Source: Lysobacterales bacterium (GTDB lineage: Bacteria > Pseudomonadota > Gammaproteobacteria > Xanthomonadales > Xanthomonadaceae). Taken from it: 28,677 bases of DNA. The translations under genes were made by a program, and so were the position numbers. Location: NCBI GenBank assembly GCA_038215505.1, contig JBBQQV010000001.1, forward strand, positions 1-28,677, written 5' to 3'. Every line of letters begins with the position of its first letter. Within the stretch, counting starts at the first letter, position 1. Of the stretch, positions 19,549 through 27,486 are shown in pieces. The notes below the pieces were generated by a model. The model was not told where the DNA came from and ran no database searches. It was given only the letters and a program-made list of their open reading frames with translations.

Positions 19549-20316
19549 TCAGCCCAGCGCTGCTGCCTCGCGGAGTGCTTTCGCCTCGTCTTGGCCCAAG
19601 TAGCGGGCGACGCCCCAACGCAGCGCATAAATTGCCGGAATCAAAGCGAACGCGGCCAATACCTTGTAACTGTAGTTGACCGTGCCGATGGCGAGAAACA
19701 GATCGATACTCCATTGCTGCGGGCCGAGCACAAAGGCGATGTAAAGCACGACAAAGCTGTCGACCAGTTGGCTGACTAGGGTTGAGCCGGTCGCGCGCAA
19801 CCAGACCATGCGCTCGCCCGTGGCGCGCCGAATGCGATGAAAAATCGATACGTCGATGAGCTGGGCGAACAGGAAGGCGCAGATCGAGCCACCAATCGAC
19901 CACATGCCTTGACCAAAAATGGCCGCGAACGCGGCCTGGTAATCCGGTACGCCTTGATCTTTGGCAACGCCTACCCACCAGCCCGCCGGCACCAATCCAA
20001 TTGCCAGATAGGCGAACGCAAACGCATAGATGATCAAAGCCACCGCCAACCAGCTGATGAAGCGCACGCCGCGACGGCCGAAGTATTCGTTGATGACATC
20101 GGTCATCACAAACACCACGGGCCACAGCAACACGCCGACGGTGAAGTTGAGCGAGCCACTTTGGCCAAACAATTTCCAATCCAGCGGCGCCAGGCCGAGC
20201 GTGTCTTCCAGCGCAAAAATCTTGACACCGATCAATTCGGCAATCAGCGCATTGGCGATGAAAAAGCCGGTGAGGACGACGAACAGGCGCTGCGGGCGCG
20301 AGAGTGTTGCGATCAT
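19549..20316 (-). CDS. yhhQ: Queuosine precursor transporter (VUT/YhhQ family)
   Basis: IAELIGVKIF, WPVVFVMTDVINEYFG, FAQLIDVSIF, WLRATGSTLVSQLVDS. Confidence 0.85.
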   Translation of the reverse strand: MIATLSRPQRLFVVLTGFFIANALIAELIGVKIFALEDTLGLAPLDWKLFGQSGSLNFTVGVLLWPVVFVMTDVINEYFGRRGVRFISWLAVALIIYAFAFAYLAIGLVPAGWWVGVAKDQGVPDYQAAFAAIFGQGMWSIGGSICAFLFAQLIDVSIFHRIRRATGERMVWLRATGSTLVSQLVDSFVVLYIAFVLGPQQWSIDLFLAIGTVNYSYKVLAAFALIPAIYALRWGVARYLGQDEAKALREAAALG

Positions 20317-20981
20317 GGCGGCGCGTTGAGCTCATCGCCGCGGGTGTAAGGAATCTCTGACGGCGACACAGCACCGCCGGAAATGATGAAGGCCATTGCT
20401 TGGTCGACCGTCCAGTCGGTGGGCGTGAGCTGCTCGACCGGCACAATTTCCAGATAGCCCGAGGTGGGGTTGGGGGTGGTCGGCACATACACTGCCGCCA
20501 ACTCACGGCCGGTAATGGCGTCCTTGAGCACGCGGGTGACAAAGCCCACTGCCTTCATCTGCCGATGCGGAAAGTCGATCAATACCACCCGCTGCGCGCC
20601 CTCCGGGCGGGTTTGCAAGGCCGCCAACAGTTTCTTGGTGCCGCCGTAAATGGTCTGCACGATCGGGATGCGGGCCATCAACGAATCCAGCCACGCCAAC
20701 GCGCGCACGCCGATTACACGGTTGGCAAGCAAGCCCAGCACATAGAGGAAAACGATGGTCAGAGAGGCCGCCAGCAGAAACTTGACCCATTCGATGTTGA
20801 GTACAAAGCCAAACACGTTCGGCAGACTTTGTGCCATGCGCGCCAAGCCGTCGACCACCGGTGCGCCGAGCTTGGATAGCTGCCGCAGAACAAACTCGAA
20901 GACGATCCAGGTCAGCCAGATCGGAAATACCGTCAGCAGCCCGGTCAATAGGTAACGCTGGATGTGCAGTTCGCGGGGCAT
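20313..20981 (-). CDS. DUF502 membrane protein
   Basis: RYLLTGLLTVFPIWLT, RIPIVQTIYGGTK, VYVPTTPNPTSGYL, IISGG; stop overlaps the VUT start (ATGA). Confidence 0.87.
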   Translation of the reverse strand: MPRELHIQRYLLTGLLTVFPIWLTWIVFEFVLRQLSKLGAPVVDGLARMAQSLPNVFGFVLNIEWVKFLLAASLTIVFLYVLGLLANRVIGVRALAWLDSLMARIPIVQTIYGGTKKLLAALQTRPEGAQRVVLIDFPHRQMKAVGFVTRVLKDAITGRELAAVYVPTTPNPTSGYLEIVPVEQLTPTDWTVDQAMAFIISGGAVSPSEIPYTRGDELNAPP

Positions 20982-21279
20982 CAGTTGGCTTGCAGTCTGT
21001 TGGAGTCGCGTGGACGGGCCAAGCCGCTGTGCCGTGTATCGCGACGTGTGCAGTCGCAATTGTAGGAGGTTGAGAGGCGACAACCTGCGCGCCTTGCTGC
21101 ACACCATCGCCCAAGCCATCGGCAAACGCAGACGAAGACGCCCGCCGCGAGGCCGGGCGTTGGGAAACGATGATGGTGGAATGATGACTTGCGGGCAGCG
21201 GCCTGAAACCCGTTACTTGGCCTTGGTTTGACTAAAACCAGTCTGACGCTGGTTTGCGGATTGATTCCCGTCCCATTCT

Positions 21280-21309
21280 GGTTGCCTTGACCCCGGTTGC
21301 CTTGACCCC
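21280..21309. repeat. Perfect tandem duplication of 15 bp GGTTGCCTTGACCCC
   Basis: Copies at 21280-21294 and 21295-21309, just upstream of the 5'-truncated TPR fragment. Confidence 0.9.
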
Positions 21310-21327
21310 GATTGATCCGCAGGTGTC

Positions 21328-21963
21328 ATGGGTGTCCACGTTCGTCCGGACCTGCTGAACTGGCGTGGTCGCTGGCTGGCCTTTGTCGGCCGCTTCAACG
21401 ACGCGGAAGCCGATTTCCGCCACTGCCGTGAGCTTGATCCTGCCTATGCGCCGTGCCGTATCAATCTTGCGGGCGTACTGACCGTCCTGGGTCGACCCGA
21501 GGAGGCACGCCAGGCGCTGATCGATGCCGCTGCAGAGGGTGCGCTGGTCACCGGGTCCACTGTCCTGCTGATGCTGCACGCACTCGACATGCGCGATGCC
21601 TTTTTCCTGATGGGCAGCGTGAACCCGCGCCTGCGCGGGCGGCACGACTTCCCGGTGCTATACGAGGCCCTGGGTCAGCCCGAGGCAGACCACAGCATCC
21701 TGCGCAGCCGGCTCGAAGCGCTCGACGGGCGATCGGCTGGCTCGGTCCTGTCTGGCGATATCGGGGAATTGCTCGGAGCGCTCGGCGATCCGCGGAGGAC
21801 GCTGGAGAGCTGGTTCATCTGGCTACCCACCCTGGCCCATCACCGACAGTCGGCCGACTTTCGGACCAGCGTCATCGACAGCGGACGCCTGCGCTACTGG
21901 CAGGAACACGGCTTTCCGCCCCAGTGCCGGGCGCTGGGAGCGGATGACTTCGAGTGCGACTGA
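21328..21963 (+). pseudogene. 5'-truncated C-terminal fragment of a TolB-like/TPR membrane-protein paralogue
   Basis: Starts mid-TPR (PDLLNWRG..AEADFRHCRELDPAY); ends YWQEHGFPPQCRALGADDFECD, matching the C-terminus of 22663..24564. In-frame TGA shortly upstream and no TM or TolB-like part. Confidence 0.7.
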
Positions 21964-22037
21964 CGAGCATGGCCCGAGGTAACTCGCCATGCGAGCTGGG
22001 CTAAGATGCGCGTGATTCACACGATGCAGGTGATGCC

Positions 22038-22277
22038 ATGCGTACTACCGTTGATTTGCCGGAAGCCAAGCACCGCCAATTGAGGGCCATCGCTGAGAAG
22101 CGGGCAATCAGTCTTGGTCAGCTGATTACCGAACTCACTGATCTTGCTCTGCAAGGCAAGCAAGCACCTACAGCAGGCTCTACGCTTGCGCCCAGCGCGC
22201 AAACGGGGCTGCTCACGCTCAGTGTCGGTCGGCCGATTTCCAGCGCAGAAGTGGCTGCGCTGATGGAGGCGACGTGA
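22038..22277 (+). CDS. vapB: VapB-like ribbon-helix-helix antitoxin
   Basis: MRTTVDLPEAKHRQLRAIAEKRAISLGQLITEL RHH-type N-terminus; 79 aa; GTGA overlap with the PIN gene. Confidence 0.8.
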   Translation: MRTTVDLPEAKHRQLRAIAEKRAISLGQLITELTDLALQGKQAPTAGSTLAPSAQTGLLTLSVGRPISSAEVAALMEAT

Positions 22278-22666
22278 TCCTGTTCGACGTCAACGTGCTG
22301 ATCGCGCTTGGCAGTCGCGATCACGAAGGCAAAGCCGCAGCAGAGCGCTACTTCATCGACATGACCACGTCCTTTGCCACCTGTCCCATCACCCAGACCG
22401 GCTTTGTCCGTGTCTTGGCGCAAATTGATCGATCGCTTGCGCTGACGGATGGCGTGGCGGTGCTCGCGTCCATCTGTGCGCATCCGCGGCATCGGTTCAT
22501 GGCCGATGATGTGGACGCGCTTGATTTACCTTGGATGGCGATCCGCGGCCACCAGCAGGTCACCGACGCCTACCTCGCCGCACTGGCGCGCAAGCATGGT
22601 GCCAAGCTCGCCACGTTTGATCGCGCGCTAGCGGCAGTGCATCCCGATGTGGCGGTACTGGTGTGA
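22274..22666 (+). CDS. vapC: VapC PIN-domain ribonuclease toxin
   Basis: LFDVNVLIAL, CPITQTGFVR, QVTDAYLAALA, LATFDR; GGAGG upstream of GTG 22274. Confidence 0.9.
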   Translation: MILFDVNVLIALGSRDHEGKAAAERYFIDMTTSFATCPITQTGFVRVLAQIDRSLALTDGVAVLASICAHPRHRFMADDVDALDLPWMAIRGHQQVTDAYLAALARKHGAKLATFDRALAAVHPDVAVLV

Positions 22667-24564
22667 ATCTGCTCGCCGAACTCCGCCGCCGTAACGTCAT
22701 CCGCATGGCCGGGCTGTACCTGGTCGGAGCGTGGCTTGGCATCCAGGTTGCGGCGACACTGCTGCCGGTGTTCGGGGCGCCGGAATGGGTGATGAAAGCG
22801 CTGGTTGGGCTGTTGGCGGTTGGGTTCTTCGTTGCGCTGATTGTGTCGTGGGTGTTCGAGCTCACGCCTGCGGGTTTGAAGCGCGATGGTGAGGTCAGTC
22901 CGAGTGAGTCGATCACCCCGCGGACCGCGCGGCGGATGGATCGCATGCTGGTGTTGGTGATGGCGCTGGCACTTGGCTTTTTCGCCTTCGACAAGTTTGT
23001 GCTGGCCCCGAAACGCGTTGATGTGGCTATCGAGTCGGCGCAATCGCTGCCCGCCACGGTGACCGCAGCGCACTCAGCCCCTGCTGCAACGGTTACGGGT
23101 GCTCCGTCACCAGCAGATTCAAAATCGATCGCCGTGCTCGCCTTCGCCAACATGAGCGCCGATAAGGACAACGAATACTTCTCCGACGGCGTGGCCGAAG
23201 AAATCTTGAATGCGCTGGCGAAGGTCGAGGATCTCAAGGTTGCCGGGCGCACGTCCTCTTTCTACTTCAAGGGCCGCAACGAAAACCTCGCAACCATCGG
23301 CAGCACGCTGGGCGTGGCGCACGTGCTGGAAGGCTCGGTGCGCAAACAGGGCGAGCGATTGCGCATCAGCGCCAAGTTGCTGCGGGTCAGCGATGGCGTC
23401 GAGATGTGGGCGGAAACATTCGACGGCACTGATGGCGACATCTTTGCGCTGCAGGAGAGCATCGCGCAGCAGGTTACCAGCCAGTTGAAGGCGGCCTTGA
23501 ATGCCGGGCAACAAGATCGACTGGTGAATTCCGGCACCGTCAATCCCGATGCCTACCAGCTTTACTTGCAGGCCAGTTCGATTTTCAACCGGCGCGATCG
23601 CACGCGCTTCCTCGATGCCATCGCCGCCTTGCAGCGAGCGGTGGAACTGGATCCGAACTATGCACGTGCTTACGCGCGGCTGGCATCGATGTATGTGGTG
23701 CTTGCCTCGTACACCGATGCCGATCCGAAGCACACGCATGAGAACGTCATGTTGTATGCCGCCAAAGCACTGGCACTGGATGCCAACCTCGCGGAAGCAT
23801 GGGCCGCGCGAGGAGGTTCGCTGAACAAGTTCCGCGAAAAGGAAGTGGATGCCCGCGACGCCTTCGAACAAGCCATGCGAATCGACCCGAACGATCCTAA
23901 CTCGAGTTTCTGGTTCGGGCTGAACCTGTTGACCGCCGGTTATCGCCGACAAGGCACCGCGCAGATCGAGCATGCGCTGACGCTCGACCCGATGTTGCCC
24001 AATGCCTTGCGCTGGCGCGGCATGTTGTATCTGCAAGACAGCGATATCGCACGTGCCGAGCCGCTGCTGCAGCGCGCCTACGACCTGGGTCTGGTGAACA
24101 CGGCGAACGCATTGGCGGACATTGCCATGCAACATGGCGATGCTGCGGAATCCGAACGCCTCTGGGTCGCAGGAAGCATGGGCATCGACTTCAACATGAC
24201 CCACGACGACTTGACCGCCGTGCACCGTGGCGTGTTCGGCGATGCCGCCGCCAAGCAGGCCGGTGTGTTGATGATGCAAAGCGTGCTCAACCGCGCGGGG
24301 GCGAAGAAGGCGCTACCCACCGCGCCCTTGTACCTGTTCAGGCTCAACGCACCGGCGCAGGGGCTGGCCGTGTTGCGCGCGCGCGAGATGGGTGATCGCA
24401 GAGATTCGATGAACTGGATCTGGACGCGTCAGGGCGCACCGATTCGCGCGTTGCCCGAGTTCGATGCCTTCCTGCACGACTTCCACCTGCCCGAACTTTG
24501 GGACAAGTACGGCCCGCCAGATGTGTGCAGGAAGAACGACAAAGGCGATTACGTGTGTGACTAG
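22663..24564 (+). CDS. Membrane-anchored TolB-like (TolB_N/FlgO-like) + TPR protein, 633 aa, function unknown
   Basis: N-terminus MNLLAELRRRNVIRMAGLYLVGAW with three hydrophobic segments; KSIAVLAFANMS..NEYFSDGVAEEILNAL; VLEGSVRKQGERLRISAKL; TPRs (AVELDPNYA, ALALDANLA, AMRIDPND, ALTLDPMLP); ends CRKNDKGDYVCD. Confidence 0.85.
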   Translation: MNLLAELRRRNVIRMAGLYLVGAWLGIQVAATLLPVFGAPEWVMKALVGLLAVGFFVALIVSWVFELTPAGLKRDGEVSPSESITPRTARRMDRMLVLVMALALGFFAFDKFVLAPKRVDVAIESAQSLPATVTAAHSAPAATVTGAPSPADSKSIAVLAFANMSADKDNEYFSDGVAEEILNALAKVEDLKVAGRTSSFYFKGRNENLATIGSTLGVAHVLEGSVRKQGERLRISAKLLRVSDGVEMWAETFDGTDGDIFALQESIAQQVTSQLKAALNAGQQDRLVNSGTVNPDAYQLYLQASSIFNRRDRTRFLDAIAALQRAVELDPNYARAYARLASMYVVLASYTDADPKHTHENVMLYAAKALALDANLAEAWAARGGSLNKFREKEVDARDAFEQAMRIDPNDPNSSFWFGLNLLTAGYRRQGTAQIEHALTLDPMLPNALRWRGMLYLQDSDIARAEPLLQRAYDLGLVNTANALADIAMQHGDAAESERLWVAGSMGIDFNMTHDDLTAVHRGVFGDAAAKQAGVLMMQSVLNRAGAKKALPTAPLYLFRLNAPAQGLAVLRAREMGDRRDSMNWIWTRQGAPIRALPEFDAFLHDFHLPELWDKYGPPDVCRKNDKGDYVCD

Positions 24565-24629
24565 GCGCATTTACTGCCAGATAGAGCTGTAGCCCGTAGC
24601 CCGTAGGCTGCCATCAACAAGACTGCACC

Positions 24630-25413
24630 ATGATCCTCCGTCGCCTCGCGCAAAACCTGAAAGAACAGAACTGGGCCGCGATCAGCATCGAGTTCGTGCT
24701 GCTGGTGCTGGGTGTGTTCCTCGGCATCCAGGTGGCGAACTGGAATGCCGAACGCGGGGACAGACATCGGGGCGAGTTGTTTACCCAGAAACTGATCACG
24801 GATATGCGGGTCGAGCATTGGCGCTATCGGTTCTTGCTGGAGTATTACCGCGATGTGCATGGCGCGGCCGAACGCGCCCTGGGCGCGCTCGATGGCAGTG
24901 CGCCGCTGGCGGATGGGGCCTTGCTGGTACAGGCGTATCGTGCATCCCAATACAAGCAAGGCTCGCCGAGTCGCGCCACGTATGACGAGCTTGGTCTCCA
25001 CCGGCAGTCTGGGCTTGATCGGTGATGAGAGACTGCGCCAGGTAGCGGGGCGGATGTACACCGTCGCCTCCATCGACAATCTGGTGAAGGAGGGCATGCA
25101 ATCGCCCTATCGCCGTTGGTATCGCATGTATATTCCGATTGCCATGCAGCGCGCGCTGTCCAAGGCCTGTGGTGATCGTTACATTCGGGTCGGTGATTAC
25201 CAGGATTTCGATCACGTTATCGACTACGACTGCGTGCCTGATCTGAGCGAAGCCGAAGTCGCGGCGGCGGCCGCCTTGTTGCGCTCCGACGCGCAAGTCG
25301 TGCCGTTTCTGCAACTGCGCATGGCCGACCTGGAAACACGATTGACCGATATGACCTCGCACAATCGTGACGTCCTCGACGGGTTGCGCCAGTACGCGCC
25401 AGAGGCGCCATGA
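24630..25413 (+). pseudogene. Single-TM protein (DUF6090-like N-terminus) with a +1 frameshift near 24991
   Basis: MILRRLAQNLKEQNWAAISIEFVLLVLGVFLGIQVANWN; GAG CTT G GTC TCC joins YDEL to VSTGSLGLIGDERLR; removing one base gives a 260-aa ORF ending at TGA 25413. Confidence 0.7.
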
Positions 25414-26694
25414 GCTTTCTCGACCAACTCAAGCAACGCAAACTGGTGCAGTGGTTGCTGGCCTACGCGGCAGGCGCGTGGCGTGGTGAGCTTGGTGAGC
25501 TCATCGTTCGGCTGGTCGCCCACGGCGATGCGTGGCTTCACGATTGCCGCCGGTATCGGCTTCTTCATCGCCCTGCTGCTGGCTTGGTATCACGGTGAGC
25601 GCGGGGCGCAGAAGGTGTCGGGCGCGGAGTTGGTCTTGCTCAGCTTGCTGCTGCTGATTGGTGGCGGACTGCTGTGGAAATTCGCGCCATCCGCGCCGGA
25701 GATAGCGCTACCGACAGCCGCCCCCATACTCCCTGCGAACGGTGCAAACGCCGAGAATGCTGCCGAGGTCGTGCGCGGCGTCGGCGTGCTGCCTTTCGAT
25801 AATCTGAGCCCCGATCCGGATAACGCCTTCTTCGCCAGCGGCATCCACGAAGAAGTGCTGACCCGCGTTTCGCGCATCAACGATCTGCGGGTGATCTCGC
25901 GGACTTCGATGGAAACCATCGCGGCCGAAAACCTGCAGGTTTCGGAGATCGGCCGTCGCCTCGGCGTGAGCCATGTGCTCGAAGGCAGCGTGCGCCGCGC
26001 CGGCAACCGGGTGCGGATAACGTGCAGTTGATCGAAGCGGCCAGCGACAAGCACATCTGGGCGGAGAACTACGACCGCGATCTCGACGACATCTTCGCCA
26101 TCCAGTCGGACATTGCCGTGGCCATCGCGGATCAGCTCACGGTGGTGCTGGACCCGAGCACCCAGTTGGCATTGGGCCAGCGCAACACCGAGGATGCGCA
26201 TGCCTATGACCTGTACCTGCGCGCCATGGCGCAGCGCAACGTGTGGCGCGGCGCGGCCGGATTTCGTAGCCAGATCGCCCTGCTCGAACCGGTCATTACC
26301 CGCGACCCGGATTTCCTCAAGGCGCGCGTGGAGTTGGTGCAAGCCTACGGCCGCATCCTCTGGTTGCGAGAAGAGGACGCAGCATCGTATGCGGGCAAGG
26401 CCCGCGCGCAGCTGGCGGAAATCGTGCGGCGCCGGCCGGATTCCATCGAGGCGCGCATCGCGCAGGCGCAGATCACCTACCTGCTGGAACGCGATTTCGC
26501 GAGCGCGCTGGCGCAGTTCCAGGCAATTGCAGCCGAGCGCCCGAACGATGCCGGTCTCGCTGCCGAAATCGCCGCCTGCCTCAAGCATCTGGATCGCTTT
26601 CCCGAGCAGTTGGTCGCCAGTCGCCGCGCCGTGGCGCTCGATCCGGAGGCCTATCGCAACAATGGCGACCTGGTTTTAGCCCTGGCCTACAGCA
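25410..26694 (+). pseudogene. Third TolB-like/TPR membrane paralogue, two frameshifts and 3' truncated
   Basis: MSFLDQLKQRKLVQWLLAYAAGAW; frameshift near 25482; VGVLPFDNLSPDPDNAFFASGIHEEVLTRVS..VLEGSVRRAGNRVRIT; 1-nt deletion near 26021; VQLIEAASDKHIWAENYDRDL then TPRs up to about 26690. Confidence 0.8.
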
Positions 26695-26889
26695 ATGGTG
26701 CTGGCCTTCGAAGAGACCCTGTTGCTCCGCTTCGACACGCCGCGCGAATACATCGATGAGGTCAGCGAATCGCGGCTGCTAGGCGGCGTGCACTATTGGT
26801 TCTCCATCGACGCCGGCCGTAATGCCGGACTGCGCATCGGCAAGCTAGCGGCGGAGCGCTGCTTCAAGCCGGTGGCCGAAGAACGTTAA
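26695..26889 (+). pseudogene. 3' remnant of a vanadium-haloperoxidase/PAP2-like gene
   Basis: RFDTPREYIDEVSESRLLGGVHYWFSIDAGRNAGLRIG fits the C-terminal SR-x5-H motif of VHPO/PAP2 proteins; other active-site motifs absent. Confidence 0.65.
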
Positions 26890-26903
26890 AGCTCGACCGC
26901 AAC

Positions 26904-26941
26904 AAAAAAGCGGCCGCGAGGCTGATTGTCCTCGCGACAGC
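26904..26941 (-). terminator. Degenerate intrinsic terminator for minus-strand transcription
   Basis: A6 run 26904-26909 next to stem GCGGCCGCGAGG/CCTCGCGACAGC (7-bp perfect core). Confidence 0.45.
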
Positions 26942-27089
26942 TTGTTGAAATGTTGCTGCTGCGGAATCAGCCACCTTGCATCTTCATCGCTGATCGCCAG
27001 GGTCACGGATCGATAGGGGCAGAGTCATTGATTGCGCACATGTTGCGATCAACAACTTCAGTGTCAGCTCTGACCCTTTGATCTGGCCA

Positions 27090-27410
27090 CCAGTGAGCCG
27101 CAGATCTCGGTAGTTCTCTGGCCCATTGTTTGAGGCCTCTACCCGCCAGTTCAGCGGCGTGCCTTACGGCGGCTTACGATTCGCGTGGAACATTCGGCGT
27201 CAGTTTCCTGCTGGCGGCTGAGTTGAGCGGCTGCCCCAGCTTCTGGCAGACATCAAGGTAATCGTCCACTGCCTCGCGGACAGGGTCTGCGAATTCGCAC
27301 ACCGCTTCTCCGTGAAGGCCGACGTTGTCACGGTTGCCAGCTCAATGACAGACAAAGATACGGTCTCGGGCTTCCTGTTCGAAGCGGGCTGCGCATCCTT
27401 TGTAGCTCAT
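27090..27410 (-). pseudogene. hicB: HicB antitoxin pseudogene with two in-frame stops (3' boundary approximate)
   Basis: Hand translation from ATG 27410: MSYKGCAARFEQEARDRIFVCH*AGNRDNVGLHGEAVCEFADPVREAVDDYLDVCQKLGQPLNSAASRKLTPNVPRES*AAVRHAAELAGRGLKQWAREL; stops at 27342-27344 and 27174-27176. Confidence 0.85.
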
Positions 27411-27454
27411 TGAATTCGTGCCCTCAATCCGACTTCTTCGAGGAAATCTCGTGC
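27407..27454 (-). pseudogene. hicA: Last codons of a HicA toxin gene
   Basis: ARDFLEEVGLRARIQ* resembles HicA C-termini, and its TGA overlaps the hicB ATG (ATGA); the rest of the gene is not recognisable. Confidence 0.5.
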
Positions 27455-27486
27455 TGGCCGCCGCACTGTTCGCCGCCGCCAAACCC

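Noticed and set aside
21963-25413. Integron cassette array explaining the accessory genes
   Set aside because: Genes overlap or have short spacers with no attC-like palindromes.
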